A stretch of 24,000 bases of DNA from Chloroflexota bacterium (GCA_043818415.1 JBDRFW010000163.1:12878-36877); one strand, 5' to 3'. Counted from the first letter of the stretch, positions 1-9,238 are shown. Notes: generated by a model from the letters alone, not told the origin. Numbers and translations are program-made.

Positions 1-1
1 C

Positions 2-1105
2 ATCCTGGAAATCATGAACGACGGCTACGGCTTCCTGCGGCAGGATACCCTGCTGCCCAGCCAGACGGATGTCTATATCTCGCCGTCGCAGATACGCCGC
101 TTCAGCCTGCGCAACGGGGACCTGGTCACCGGGCAGGGCCGGCCGCCGAAGAGCAACGAGAAGTACTTCAGCCTGCTGCAGGTGGTGGCCATCAACAACC
201 TGGACCCGGAGGCCCTCAAGAACCGGCAGCCCTTCGGCTCGCTGACGCCCACCTTCCCGGACAAGCTCATCAACCTGGAATACGCCCCCACCGACCTCTC
301 CACCCGGCTCATCAACCTCATCGCGCCCATCGGTCGTGGACAGCGCGGCCTGTTGGTATCGCCGCCCAAGGCCGGCAAGACCCTGCTGCTGAAGTCAATC
401 GCCAGCGCCATCACGGCCTGCTACGAGGATATCCACCTGATGGTCTGCCTCATCGGCGAGCGGCCGGAAGAGGTCACCGACATGAAGCGGTCGGTCAAGG
501 GCGAGGTCGTCGCCGCCACCTTTGACGAGATGGTGGAGAACCAGACACGCGTGGCCGAGCTGGGCCTGGAGCGGGCCAAGCGCCTGGTGGAAAGCGGCAA
601 GGACGTGGTCATCCTCCTCGACGGGGTGACACGCCTGACGCGCGCCTACAACCTGGCTATGCCTTCCAGCGGGCGCACCCTCTCCGGCGGTATCGACCCC
701 GCCGCCCTGCACCCGGCCAAGCGCTTCTTCGGCGCCGCCCGGAACACCGCCGAAGGCGGCAGCCTAACCATCATCGCCACCTGCCTCATCGATACGGGCA
801 GTCGCATGGACGACCTCATCTACGAGGAGTTCAAGGGCACCGGCAACATGGAGCTCCACCTCGACCGGCGGCTCTCGGAGCGGCGCATCTTCCCATCCAT
901 GGACATCCAGCGCAGCGGCACGCGGCGCGAGGAACTGCTGCTGGGCGAGGAGACGTTGAAGCAGGTCTGGCTGCTGCGGCGGATAGTGGCCATGATTGGC
1001 TCCGACTCCAACAACTTTGTGGAGGCGACCGAGAAGATTCTGGACCGCATGCGCAAGACGAAGAACAACGTCGAGTTCCTGGCCAACCTCAGCCGGGACA
1101 TGTAG
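2..1105 (+). CDS. rho: Transcription termination factor Rho (5' end lies outside the window)
   Basis: The frame is open from base 2 ([13 protein letters not shown], the Rho RNA-binding-domain motif). It has a Walker A (SPPKAGKT), [13 protein letters not shown], and [27 protein letters not shown] followed by [18 protein letters not shown], all diagnostic of Rho. Confidence 0.95.
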   Translation: MLEIMNDGYGFLRQDTLLPSQTDVYISPSQIRRFSLRNGDLVTGQGRPPKSNEKYFSLLQVVAINNLDPEALKNRQPFGSLTPTFPDKLINLEYAPTDLSTRLINLIAPIGRGQRGLLVSPPKAGKTLLLKSIASAITACYEDIHLMVCLIGERPEEVTDMKRSVKGEVVAATFDEMVENQTRVAELGLERAKRLVESGKDVVILLDGVTRLTRAYNLAMPSSGRTLSGGIDPAALHPAKRFFGAARNTAEGGSLTIIATCLIDTGSRMDDLIYEEFKGTGNMELHLDRRLSERRIFPSMDIQRSGTRREELLLGEETLKQVWLLRRIVAMIGSDSNNFVEATEKILDRMRKTKNNVEFLANLSRDM

Positions 1106-1127
1106 TCGTTCCCGGGCCCGCCCCGAC

Positions 1128-1156
1128 TTGAATAGAGCCGGCCAAAGTCTTATGAT
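1128..1156 (+). promoter_or_regulatory. Candidate sigma70-type promoter for the orphan ORF
   Basis: TTGAAT (1128-1133), a 17-nt spacer, then TATGAT (1151-1156). A GAGGA ribosome-binding site and the ATG at 1181 follow. This rests on sequence pattern only. Confidence 0.4.
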
Positions 1157-1180
1157 TGAAATAGGTACGAGGATAATTCC

Positions 1181-1522
1181 ATGATACAGATAAGAAAGAC
1201 CTATACGGGCGTCAACCCCGAGCTGCTTTATGCCGAGATACGGGACTTTACCCTGAAGCAGGGGGCGGTCCGCGGCGAGGACAAGATGGAGACCTACACC
1301 CTGCCGGACCAGTCGGCGGACTTCGTCACGCGGGGCACGTTGACCTTCAACGTCAAAGGGGAGCCGGGGAAGGAGAGCCTACGGGTGCACATCGTCGGCT
1401 CTGCGCGGGGCGAGACCAAACTGATGATTGACGCCGACGAGGCGCACTTCCCGCAGGAGAAGCTCAACGCCACCCAGGAAGACCTCGACTTTATCTTCGG
1501 CTCCTACGAAGCCGAAGAGTAG
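1181..1522 (+). CDS. Hypothetical small acidic protein (113 aa), no recognisable family
   Basis: ATG start with a GAGGA RBS about 8 nt upstream. The high third-position GC matches neighbouring genes. No TM segment, signal peptide or motif that I recognise. Confidence 0.7.
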   Translation: MIQIRKTYTGVNPELLYAEIRDFTLKQGAVRGEDKMETYTLPDQSADFVTRGTLTFNVKGEPGKESLRVHIVGSARGETKLMIDADEAHFPQEKLNATQEDLDFIFGSYEAEE

Positions 1523-1524
1523 TT

Positions 1525-2397
1525 CTAAAGCCCTTCCACAATCCGGTAAACGTTCTCGTAGGACTTCTCAAAATCAGGAGCTACTTTAGCCAGCTTGTCC
1601 TTGAGGGCCTTCATGCGCCGGGCGAACTCCGCCCGGTTTCCGGCCGCCACCATGTCCGCCCATTCCCCGGCCTTCTTCTGGAACAGCCGCTCGAAATCAG
1701 TCACTTTGGGCAGGCTCATCTGTATTGAGGCGTAAAGCTCCGGGTCCTCGGAGAGGACGCTCTCAATCAGGGTCAGCAGCACCTTGTAGGTAGAGCTTCC
1801 GGCAGCCTGCATCGGCCTTAATTTGCCGGAACTGAGCAGGGTATCGGCGGCCACCAGGGCGATAAAGTGGGAGAGGCCGAGGACCAGGCTCATCATCTCG
1901 TCATGCTCAGCCGGGGTCATCAGGGCGACCCGGGCGCCACAGGCTTCCAGGTAGCTTTTTATCCTGACGGCCAGCGCCGTCTCCGCTTCCCCGGTGGGAG
2001 TCAGCACGAAGTTCTTATTGGCGATGTTCCGGGCACCGGGGCCGAAGAGGGGATGGGCGCCCAGCACCGTGCCTGTCTTGATGTATTTATGCATGATATC
2101 CACGGGAACCGTCTTGGTGGAGGTGACGTCAACCACCGCCTGCCCCGGCCGGATATGCCTTCCCACCGAACTCAGCACCTCTTCAAAGCTCTCAATGGGC
2201 ACGGATATGAGTACATGGTCAGCGTTCCGGACGGCCTCCGCGTTATCGGCGGTGGCGGCCACGCCGAGCCGGCGCCCGGTTTCCCGCCGGCCGGCTTCGT
2301 CAGGGTCGGCGATGATAACCTCGCGGCCGTCCTTCAGGAGAAATTCGGCCAGCCACCGCCCCATTTTACCCGCCCCGCCGATGATGGCTATGCGCAC
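1525..2397 (-). CDS. tyrA: Prephenate dehydrogenase
   Basis: N-terminal Rossmann motif IAIIGGAGKMG, plus GAHPLFGP and the MTPAEHDEMMSLVLGLSHF helix region typical of the PDH family. GTG start with an AAGGGGTG RBS. Confidence 0.9.
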   Translation of the reverse strand: MRIAIIGGAGKMGRWLAEFLLKDGREVIIADPDEAGRRETGRRLGVAATADNAEAVRNADHVLISVPIESFEEVLSSVGRHIRPGQAVVDVTSTKTVPVDIMHKYIKTGTVLGAHPLFGPGARNIANKNFVLTPTGEAETALAVRIKSYLEACGARVALMTPAEHDEMMSLVLGLSHFIALVAADTLLSSGKLRPMQAAGSSTYKVLLTLIESVLSEDPELYASIQMSLPKVTDFERLFQKKAGEWADMVAAGNRAEFARRMKALKDKLAKVAPDFEKSYENVYRIVEGL

Positions 2398-2477
2398 GCT
2401 AACACCCCTTACTTTCTGAATAATTACAAGGATAAAGAAATACCTTCATAAGAAATCAACCGCGGGATTCTCCGCCG

Positions 2478-3545
2478 CTACCTGGCTTTGGGATAAGACC
2501 CCAGGATTCTCACGAAGACGGCGTGCTCTTCCAGCGATTTAAGGGCCCCGGCCACGTTTTCCTCCTCGCGGTGCCCGGAGACATCCATGTAGAAGTTATA
2601 CTCCCAGGGCTGGTGGCGCGTGGGGCGGGACTCCAGCTTGGTCAGGTTTATCTTCCTCGAGGCAAACTCCCGAAGGCAGTCGTAGAGGGCTCCCGGCTTG
2701 TGCTTGAGGGAGAAGACGATGGAGGTCTTATCGTTGCCGGTGGGCGGGGAGTCCTCCTTGGAGAGGAGGAAGAAACGGGTGAAGTTGTGGGGGTTATCCT
2801 CAATCTCCCGGGCGATGATTTTCATGCCGTAAATCTCGGCGGCCTGGGCGCCGGCGATGGCGGCGGCTTCCCGCCGGCCCTGCTCCTTAATCATCCTGAC
2901 GCTGCCGGCCGTATCCGAGGCCGGGACCAGCTCGGCGCTGAGGTGGGAGAGAAAGCTGCGGCACTGGCCGAGGGCCTGGGGGTGGGAGTAAACAATCTTG
3001 ATGGAATCGAGCGTGGCCCCCTCCATGGCAATCAGGCAGTGGCTGATACGGAGCTCCGTCTCGCCGCAGACCATCAGGGGCGAGTCCAGCAGCAGGTCGT
3101 AAGCGCGGGTGATGCTCCCCTCCAGGGAGTTCTCGACGGGGACCATGGCGAAGGGGACCTCGCTGACCTCCACCGCCTCGAAGACCTCGTCGAGGCTCTC
3201 GTAGGGTCGACTCTGGGTGGACTTGCCGAAGAAGCGGATGGCGGCCTCCTCCGTGTACGCCCCCGGCTCGCCCTGGAAAGCGACGGCCACCCCCTGGACC
3301 TTCTTGCTGGCATCGATTATCCGGTGGTAGATGCCCTCGACATCAGCGGGGCTGATGCCCTTTTGCCGGGCCAGGCTGCGGACGTGACGCAGGACCTTAA
3401 GCTCCCGGTCCCGGTCCTCAATAAGGCGGCTGGTCTCCTGCTTGCCACGCCCGATTTCCTCCGAGATTTTCTGCCGCTCGCCGATGAGCTCGACGATGCG
3501 GGCGTCAATCTCGTCAATCTTCTTCCGGAGGTCGTCCAGGTTCAC
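2478..3545 (-). CDS. pheA: Bifunctional chorismate mutase / prephenate dehydratase (P-protein)
   Basis: N-terminal AroQ chorismate mutase helix (LRKKIDEIDARIVELIGERQKIS). The PDT domain shows AFQGEPGAYTEEA and VPVENSLEGSI. The C-terminal ACT domain shows TSIVFSLKHKPGALYDCL and ESRPTR. Confidence 0.92.
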   Translation of the reverse strand: MNLDDLRKKIDEIDARIVELIGERQKISEEIGRGKQETSRLIEDRDRELKVLRHVRSLARQKGISPADVEGIYHRIIDASKKVQGVAVAFQGEPGAYTEEAAIRFFGKSTQSRPYESLDEVFEAVEVSEVPFAMVPVENSLEGSITRAYDLLLDSPLMVCGETELRISHCLIAMEGATLDSIKIVYSHPQALGQCRSFLSHLSAELVPASDTAGSVRMIKEQGRREAAAIAGAQAAEIYGMKIIAREIEDNPHNFTRFFLLSKEDSPPTGNDKTSIVFSLKHKPGALYDCLREFASRKINLTKLESRPTRHQPWEYNFYMDVSGHREEENVAGALKSLEEHAVFVRILGSYPKAR

Positions 3546-4633
3546 CGGATTACCCCCGGCACCAGTCCGGCTCTCAGGGCGAAATCGGCCAGCGTTACGG
3601 CCATCATGGCCTCGACCGCCGGGACCGCCCGGGGGACGATGCAGACATCGTGGCGGCCGCCGACGCTGATACTGGCGGCGGCCATTTTTTGAATATCAAC
3701 CGTCGCCTGCCCCCCGGCGATGGAGGCGGTGGGCTTGACGGCCACCCGGACCACCACCGGCATACCGCTGCTGATGCCGCCGAGGATGCCGCCGGCATTA
3801 TTGGTGACCGTGACGACGCGGTCGCCCTGGACTATAAAAGAGTCATTGTTCTCCGAGCCCTTTTTGCGGGCGGCCGCGAAACCGGCGCCGAACTCAACGC
3901 CCTTGACGGCGGGGATGGCCAGCAGCGCCTTGGCGAGGTCGCCGTCCAGGTTATCGAAGACCGGCTCGCCGAGGCCGACCGGCACGTGGCGGGCGATGCC
4001 TTCGATAACGCCGCCGAGGCTATCGCCTTCTTTCCTGGCTTTATCGATAAGGGCGGCCATTTCCTTTGAGGCGGCAGGGTCGGCGCAGCGGAGGGAGTCG
4101 GCCGCGGCGTTCTTCACGATTTCGCCGAACTCGGCCGGTTTAGCCTTAATGCCGCCGATTTCCACGGTATGGGCGATGATTTCCACGCCGATGGTGCCAA
4201 GGAGCTTCCGGGCGACGGCCCCGGCCATGACGAAGGAGACGGTAATCCGGCCGGAGAACCTTCCTCCGCCCCGCCAGTCGGAGAAGCCGCCGTACTTGAC
4301 GTGAGCAGTAAAGTCGGCGTGGCCCGGCCGCAGGCGGTAGCGGATACTCTCGTAGTCGGCCTCGCTGACGTCCCGGTTCCAGACGAGCAGGCAGATGGGC
4401 GCGCCGGTGGTGAAGCCGTCGCTGACCCCGGAGAGAACCTCAACCTTATCCGGCTCCAGCCGGGTGGTGGAGGCACCGCTCCCCCCGGCCCGCCGCCGGT
4501 CCAGGTCCTTCTGGATATCGGCCTCGTTGAGGGGGAGTCCGGCGGGGCAGCCGTCGATGACGGCACCCACACACCGGCCGTGGCTTTCTCCGAAGCTGGT
4601 CACGGTAAACAGTCGGCCGATACTATTGTGCAT
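3542..4633 (-). CDS. aroC: Chorismate synthase
   Basis: GESHG near the N-terminus, RPGHADFTAHVKYG and GGGRFSGR signature blocks. Overlaps the pheA start by 4 nt. Confidence 0.95.
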   Translation of the reverse strand: MHNSIGRLFTVTSFGESHGRCVGAVIDGCPAGLPLNEADIQKDLDRRRAGGSGASTTRLEPDKVEVLSGVSDGFTTGAPICLLVWNRDVSEADYESIRYRLRPGHADFTAHVKYGGFSDWRGGGRFSGRITVSFVMAGAVARKLLGTIGVEIIAHTVEIGGIKAKPAEFGEIVKNAAADSLRCADPAASKEMAALIDKARKEGDSLGGVIEGIARHVPVGLGEPVFDNLDGDLAKALLAIPAVKGVEFGAGFAAARKKGSENNDSFIVQGDRVVTVTNNAGGILGGISSGMPVVVRVAVKPTASIAGGQATVDIQKMAAASISVGGRHDVCIVPRAVPAVEAMMAVTLADFALRAGLVPGVIR

Positions 4634-5975
4634 CTATCTTCAGCTTACCCCCGACGCTCTTCAGGGCATCCCAGAACCCCGGGTACGTCTTGTTGACGCA
4701 TTCCGCCCCGTCAATGGTGACGCCGCCAAGGACAGCGCCGAGCACGCCGAAAGCCATGGCGATACGGTGGTCATTATGGCTATCAATAACGACAGGCTCC
4801 CTTTCCCCTTTGGGGATAACCGCCGCCTTCTCCTTGCCGGACTCTTCTTCCTCCTCCTCTTCCCCACCCATCCCCGCCTTGGCCACCTTCTTCATGCCGA
4901 CGATGGTCAGGCGGTCCCGGTCCTCCATGACGCTAATACCCAGGCGGGACAGCCCTTCCTTGACGGCGGCGACGCGGTTGGACTCCTTGATGCGCGCCCG
5001 CTCGATGCCGGTGAACTCGCTGATGCCGGCGGCCATGGCCGCCAGAACCGCCACGGTGGGCAGCAGGTCAATGCAGTCGGAAAGGTCGGCATGGATGGCT
5101 TTCAAGGGCGCCTGGCTGACGATGACGGAGTTCCCGGCCAGCTTGACCGAGGCCCCCATGAGCCGGAGGAAGTCCAGCAGGGCGCGGTCGCCCTGGAGGC
5201 TGGCCGTGCTCAGGTTGTCCACGGTGATACCTTCGGAAAAGGCCCCCAGCGCCAGGAAGTATGATGCCGAAGACCAGTCGCCATCCACCTTGAAGCGGGT
5301 GGCCTTGTAGCGCTGGCGGCGGACGATGAATTTATCCATCTCGGTGCGGACGCCGATGCCGAAGCGTCGCAGGCAGCTCAGGGTCATCAGGACGTAGGGC
5401 TTGGAGGTGAGGGAGGTGGTGAGCCGGATGCTCACCTCCTTCTCGGCGAAGGGGGCGATGAGGAGCAAGGCGGAGATGAACTGGGAGCTGATATTGCCCG
5501 GGAGCTCGGTGAGGCCTCCCTTGAGGGTCCCCCCGGTGACGGTTACCGGCGGCGTCGTCTTGCCGGCCATGTCGCACTTGACTCCCAGCTTCATCAGGGC
5601 CTCCACCAGCGACCTTACCGGGCGCTTGGAGAGGGACGGCCCGCCGACGAGCTGGTGCTCGCCGGGAATCAGCGAGCATATGGCCATCATGAACCGGAGG
5701 GTGGAGGCCGATTCCCCGCAGTAGAGGTCCGGGGTAACCGGCGCCTTGAGGGTGCCCCCGGTGACCCGCCAGACGTCACTGTCCTTTTGAATGCTGATGC
5801 CTACCTTGCCCAGGACTTCCGCGGCAATGTTAGTATCGTCGCTGACCAGCGGGTTGATAATCTCGGTATTGCCCCGCGACACGGCGGCGCACATCAGCGC
5901 CCGAATCGTCATGCTCTTGGAGGTGGGGACGACAACTCTCCCCTTTACCTCGCTCTTAGTGATGGTGACTTTCAT
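4623..5975 (-). CDS. aroA: 3-phosphoshikimate 1-carboxyvinyltransferase (EPSP synthase), with an acidic low-complexity insertion
   Basis: Motifs P(T)SKSMTIRAL, LSKRPVRSLVEAL, DHRIAMAF and KTYPGFW. An insert containing GEEEEEEES sits just before the DHRIAM block. Confidence 0.93.
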   Translation of the reverse strand: MKVTITKSEVKGRVVVPTSKSMTIRALMCAAVSRGNTEIINPLVSDDTNIAAEVLGKVGISIQKDSDVWRVTGGTLKAPVTPDLYCGESASTLRFMMAICSLIPGEHQLVGGPSLSKRPVRSLVEALMKLGVKCDMAGKTTPPVTVTGGTLKGGLTELPGNISSQFISALLLIAPFAEKEVSIRLTTSLTSKPYVLMTLSCLRRFGIGVRTEMDKFIVRRQRYKATRFKVDGDWSSASYFLALGAFSEGITVDNLSTASLQGDRALLDFLRLMGASVKLAGNSVIVSQAPLKAIHADLSDCIDLLPTVAVLAAMAAGISEFTGIERARIKESNRVAAVKEGLSRLGISVMEDRDRLTIVGMKKVAKAGMGGEEEEEEESGKEKAAVIPKGEREPVVIDSHNDHRIAMAFGVLGAVLGGVTIDGAECVNKTYPGFWDALKSVGGKLKIDAQ

Positions 5976-6486
5976 ATTCTTTCAGGCTTGCCACTATTCT
6001 ATCAGCCACCGCGTCAACCTTCAAGCGGGAGGTATTAACGATAAAGTCCGCCGACCTCTCGTAATAGGGCCGGCGGAACTTCAACAGCTCCTTTATCTGC
6101 CGGATGCGGTCAGCCACCGCCAGCAGCGGCCGCCCGTCTCCGTCCGCGGCGGTACGCCTCAGGATGACCTCCGGCGATGCCGTCAGGCAGACAATAACGC
6201 TCTCCTCCCGCAGCCGGTCAATGTTTATTTTATTAAGAACGAGGCCGCCACCGCAAGCGATTACCGCATTTTTTTTACCGGCGACCTCGCGGGCGGCCTC
6301 GATTTCCAGCTGCCGGAAACCTGTTTCCCCGTCCCGCCGGAATATCTCCGGGATGGACCGTCCGGCTTTGCCTTCAATTATAGCATCAAGCTCAATATAT
6401 TCCTTATTCAGCTTCCGGGCCAGCACTTTAGCCACCGCCGTTTTCCCCGTCCCCATGAAGCCAATCAGGGCGATGCTAGTCTTCAT
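5956..6486 (-). CDS. aroK: Shikimate kinase
   Basis: Walker A IGFMGTGKT, plus FRQLE and ACGGG motifs, and the ~176-aa size typical of AroK. Overlaps aroA by 20 nt. Confidence 0.9.
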   Translation of the reverse strand: MKTSIALIGFMGTGKTAVAKVLARKLNKEYIELDAIIEGKAGRSIPEIFRRDGETGFRQLEIEAAREVAGKKNAVIACGGGLVLNKINIDRLREESVIVCLTASPEVILRRTAADGDGRPLLAVADRIRQIKELLKFRRPYYERSADFIVNTSRLKVDAVADRIVASLKEYESHHH

Positions 6487-7354
6487 GCTTCTCCAGCGCC
6501 TTGACCGCCTCCTTCCGCATCAGGTCGAGGGGGGCGGTCTTCCCCGTCCACTTCTCGAAGGCCAGCGCGCCCTGCCAGGCGAGCATATCGATGCCGCTGA
6601 TGGTGCGGGCGCCGGCTTCCCCGGCTTCCTGCAGCAGCTTCGTCTTAACCGGATTATAAACGACGTCGAAGACGACCAGGCCGGGCCGGAGCAGTTCGGC
6701 GGGGACAGGGCTTTTATCAGCGGCGGGAATCATCCCCAGGCTGGTGGCGTTGACCAGGATATCGGCGGTCTCCAGGGCCGTCACCAGGTTATCGAAGCAG
6801 AGCTCCATGACCGTGACGCGCCTGCCGAAGTCGTCGGTCAGCATCTCGGCAAGGTCTTCCGCCCACTCGATTTCCTCCAGGCGGTTGAGGATGGTGAGAT
6901 GGGCGTTGTGCTCGGTCAGGATATAGCCGATGGCCCGGGCGGCCCCACCGGCGCCCACCAATACGATGTTTTTATCGTCCGGCTCGACCCCCTGCTGCAG
7001 CAGCGCCTGGAGAAAGCCGCTGGCGTCCGTGTTGTAGCCCCGCAGCTCACCGTCGCAGTTGACCACCGTGTTCACGGCGCCAATCCTCTCCGCCAGCGGG
7101 TCGAGCCCGTCCAGCAGGGGGATGACGGCCACCTTGTGGGGTATGGTGACGTTGAAACCGGCGACGTTCAGAGCCCTCATGCCGTCGACGGCGTTGGGCA
7201 GGTCCGCTGCGGCGACGCGGAAGGGAAGGTAAACGAAGTCCAGCCCCAGCTTCCTGAAGGCGGCGTTATGCATCGCCGGGGACATCGTATGCTCGACGGG
7301 GTCGCCGAGCAGCGCGCAGAGCCGGGTCTTTCCCGTTATCGCTTTAACCGTCAT
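6476..7354 (-). CDS. aroE: Shikimate 5-dehydrogenase
   Basis: GDPVEHTMSPAMHNAAF, NVTIPHK, GYNTDASGF and the NADP-binding VLVGAGGAARA motif. Confidence 0.92.
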   Translation of the reverse strand: MTVKAITGKTRLCALLGDPVEHTMSPAMHNAAFRKLGLDFVYLPFRVAAADLPNAVDGMRALNVAGFNVTIPHKVAVIPLLDGLDPLAERIGAVNTVVNCDGELRGYNTDASGFLQALLQQGVEPDDKNIVLVGAGGAARAIGYILTEHNAHLTILNRLEEIEWAEDLAEMLTDDFGRRVTVMELCFDNLVTALETADILVNATSLGMIPAADKSPVPAELLRPGLVVFDVVYNPVKTKLLQEAGEAGARTISGIDMLAWQGALAFEKWTGKTAPLDLMRKEAVKALEKHED

Positions 7355-8013
7355 TTGCCCAGCATCCCGTAAATCTTTCTCAGGTCGGCGGCGGCTATCT
7401 GCCCGGCGGCCGACTCCCTGCCGGCGGCTACCGAGGCGTAGGTGAAGTAGCCCCCCACCAGCGGGCAGAGTAGCCGGGAAGCGTATCCCCCCGACCCCAT
7501 GGCGAAGGCGACCACCCTCTGGCCGGGAAAGGCAGCGATAAGCTGCAAGACAGCCAGGTTATCCGCAAAGCTGCGGGCGGTGGTCACCACCTTGCAGATT
7601 TCGGCGCCGGTGGCCAACTGGTCCTTTACTATGTTATACATTTTCTCCAGGGTCGGCGTTACCCCAAGGTCGTGATAGGATACCAGACATTCCGCCCGGC
7701 CCTTAATCTCCTTAATAATACCAACAATACCCGGAGTGGCGAGCTCAATATCGACGATGGCCGCCCCCAGCCCCGGGGCGCGGCGCAGCTCGCCGATTCT
7801 GTCCGGTTCGCTCCCTTTCCAATGGCCGCCCTCCTCCGGCCGCCGGTTGCAGGCTATCCACGGCTTCTTGAGGTATTTTGTTACCTCCGGCCAGTCGCCG
7901 CCGATGATATCGATGCGCACCTCAAAGAGGTCGACGAGCGCCGCCACACTTTTCACCGCCGCGGGGTCGCGGCTGGTGACGGTGGCGCATATCTTCGGCC
8001 TATCCCCAGCCAA
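7351..8013 (-). CDS. aroD: 3-dehydroquinate dehydratase, type I
   Basis: Type-I layout: EVRID near the N-terminus, SYHD (catalytic His region), CKVV (Schiff-base Lys region) and FAMG. Overlaps aroE by 4 nt. Confidence 0.88.
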   Translation of the reverse strand: MAGDRPKICATVTSRDPAAVKSVAALVDLFEVRIDIIGGDWPEVTKYLKKPWIACNRRPEEGGHWKGSEPDRIGELRRAPGLGAAIVDIELATPGIVGIIKEIKGRAECLVSYHDLGVTPTLEKMYNIVKDQLATGAEICKVVTTARSFADNLAVLQLIAAFPGQRVVAFAMGSGGYASRLLCPLVGGYFTYASVAAGRESAAGQIAAADLRKIYGMLGK

Positions 8014-9088
8014 CCAGGACCTCCTCCACCAGCGCCGGGTCGACCTCGTCCGAGACGACGGCGCTGCCGATAGCTTTCAGCAGGACGAACCTTACCCGGT
8101 CCTGCCGGACCTTCTTATCGTGCCGCATGGCCCGCACCACCTCTTCCTTATCGAGGTCCGGCATCTGCGCCGGCAGGCCCGCTTTGACGATGACCTCCTC
8201 CAGCCGGGCGACATCACCCGCATCGAGCAGGTTCATCCGGCTGGATATCTCGGCCGCCACCATCATGCCGATGGCCACGGCCCGGCCGTGTTTCAGCCGA
8301 AAACCGGAGACCGCTTCGATGGCGTGGCCGACGGTGTGGCCGAAGTTCAGGATTTCCCGCAGGCCCGTCTCTTTTTCGTCCCGGGCCACTATTTCCGCCT
8401 TGATGCGGGCCGCCTCCAGGACGATTTCCTCCAGCACCCCCGGGTGGGCCTGCAAAGCCTTGTTCATGTTGATATCGAGGAAGTTGAAGAGGTTGCGGTC
8501 GCGGATGGCGGCGCACTTGATAGCCTCGGCCAGCCCGTTGGTCAGCTCGTCCTCGGGGAGGGTCTTCAGCGTATCGATATCGGAGATGACCATCTGCGGC
8601 TGGTAGAAGACGCCGACGACGTTCTTCAACTTACCGTGGTCCACGGCCGTCTTGCCGCCGATGCTGCTGTCCACCTGGGCCAGCAGCGTGGTGGGTACCT
8701 GTACCAGGGGTACCCCACGGAGGTAGGTAGCCGCTACGAACCCGGCCAGGTCCCCGACCACCCCACCACCCAGGGCCAGGATAGGCGTAGTCCTCTCGGT
8801 GTAGGCCGCGGTAAGCTCCTCATAAAGTCGGCCCGCCGTCTCCAGGGACTTCTGCTTCTCCCCCGCCGGCACCTCCAGGACGGTGACGTCAAAACCGGCG
8901 TTGGCCAGGCCCTGACGGAGGACATCGGCGTAAAGAGGCCCGACCGTGGTATCCGTGATGACGACCGCCCGGCCGGAAAATCCCTCCCCCTTGAGCCAGA
9001 GCCCCGCCCGCGCCAGCAGCCCCGCCCCAACCCGGACCTCGTAGCTGCGGCCGGCCAGTTCAACCTTCACCTTTTTCATTGATGCCAT
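8000..9088 (-). CDS. aroB: 3-dehydroquinate synthase
   Basis: GGGVVGDLAGFVAATYLRG, VPTTLLAQVDSSIGGKT, and metal-ligand His residues in NFGHTVGHAIE. The ORF is open to a TTG at 9136. I prefer the ATG at 9088 (MASMKKV) because an AGGGG RBS lies about 5 nt upstream. Confidence 0.92.
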   Translation of the reverse strand: MASMKKVKVELAGRSYEVRVGAGLLARAGLWLKGEGFSGRAVVITDTTVGPLYADVLRQGLANAGFDVTVLEVPAGEKQKSLETAGRLYEELTAAYTERTTPILALGGGVVGDLAGFVAATYLRGVPLVQVPTTLLAQVDSSIGGKTAVDHGKLKNVVGVFYQPQMVISDIDTLKTLPEDELTNGLAEAIKCAAIRDRNLFNFLDINMNKALQAHPGVLEEIVLEAARIKAEIVARDEKETGLREILNFGHTVGHAIEAVSGFRLKHGRAVAIGMMVAAEISSRMNLLDAGDVARLEEVIVKAGLPAQMPDLDKEEVVRAMRHDKKVRQDRVRFVLLKAIGSAVVSDEVDPALVEEVLVGWG

Positions 9089-9208
9089 TGTACCCCTAGT
9101 TATCCCGGCATGCAATAACGGAAAGGCCGGGTGCAAGCGTAAGCCGGGCCCTTTTTCAAGAATATTTTCATCCTACGTGAATTATTCTCAGAATACCCTT
9201 TAATATTG

Positions 9209-9238
9209 TTGACATGTGGTATTGTTTTGTGATAAATT
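9209..9238 (+). promoter_or_regulatory. Near-consensus sigma70-type promoter upstream of rpsL
   Basis: Perfect TTGACA (9209-9214). The -10 is either ATAAAT after 17 nt (9232-9237) or TG-n-TAAATT after 18 nt (9233-9238). An AT-rich UP-like tract at 9160-9208 contrasts with the otherwise GC-rich sequence. Confidence 0.55.

Noticed and set aside
9089-9175. A possible 23-aa leader peptide on the minus strand upstream of aroB (MKIFLKKGPAYACTRPFRYCMPG, containing 2 Phe and 2 Tyr). It overlaps the imperfect hairpin at 9122-9154 and could suggest aromatic amino-acid attenuation.
   Set aside because: It has no run of consecutive aromatic codons as in pheL or trpL. No properly spaced RBS is present, because AGGA abuts the ATG. 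The hairpin is imperfect and lacks a clear terminator/antiterminator pair. The evidence is too weak to call.
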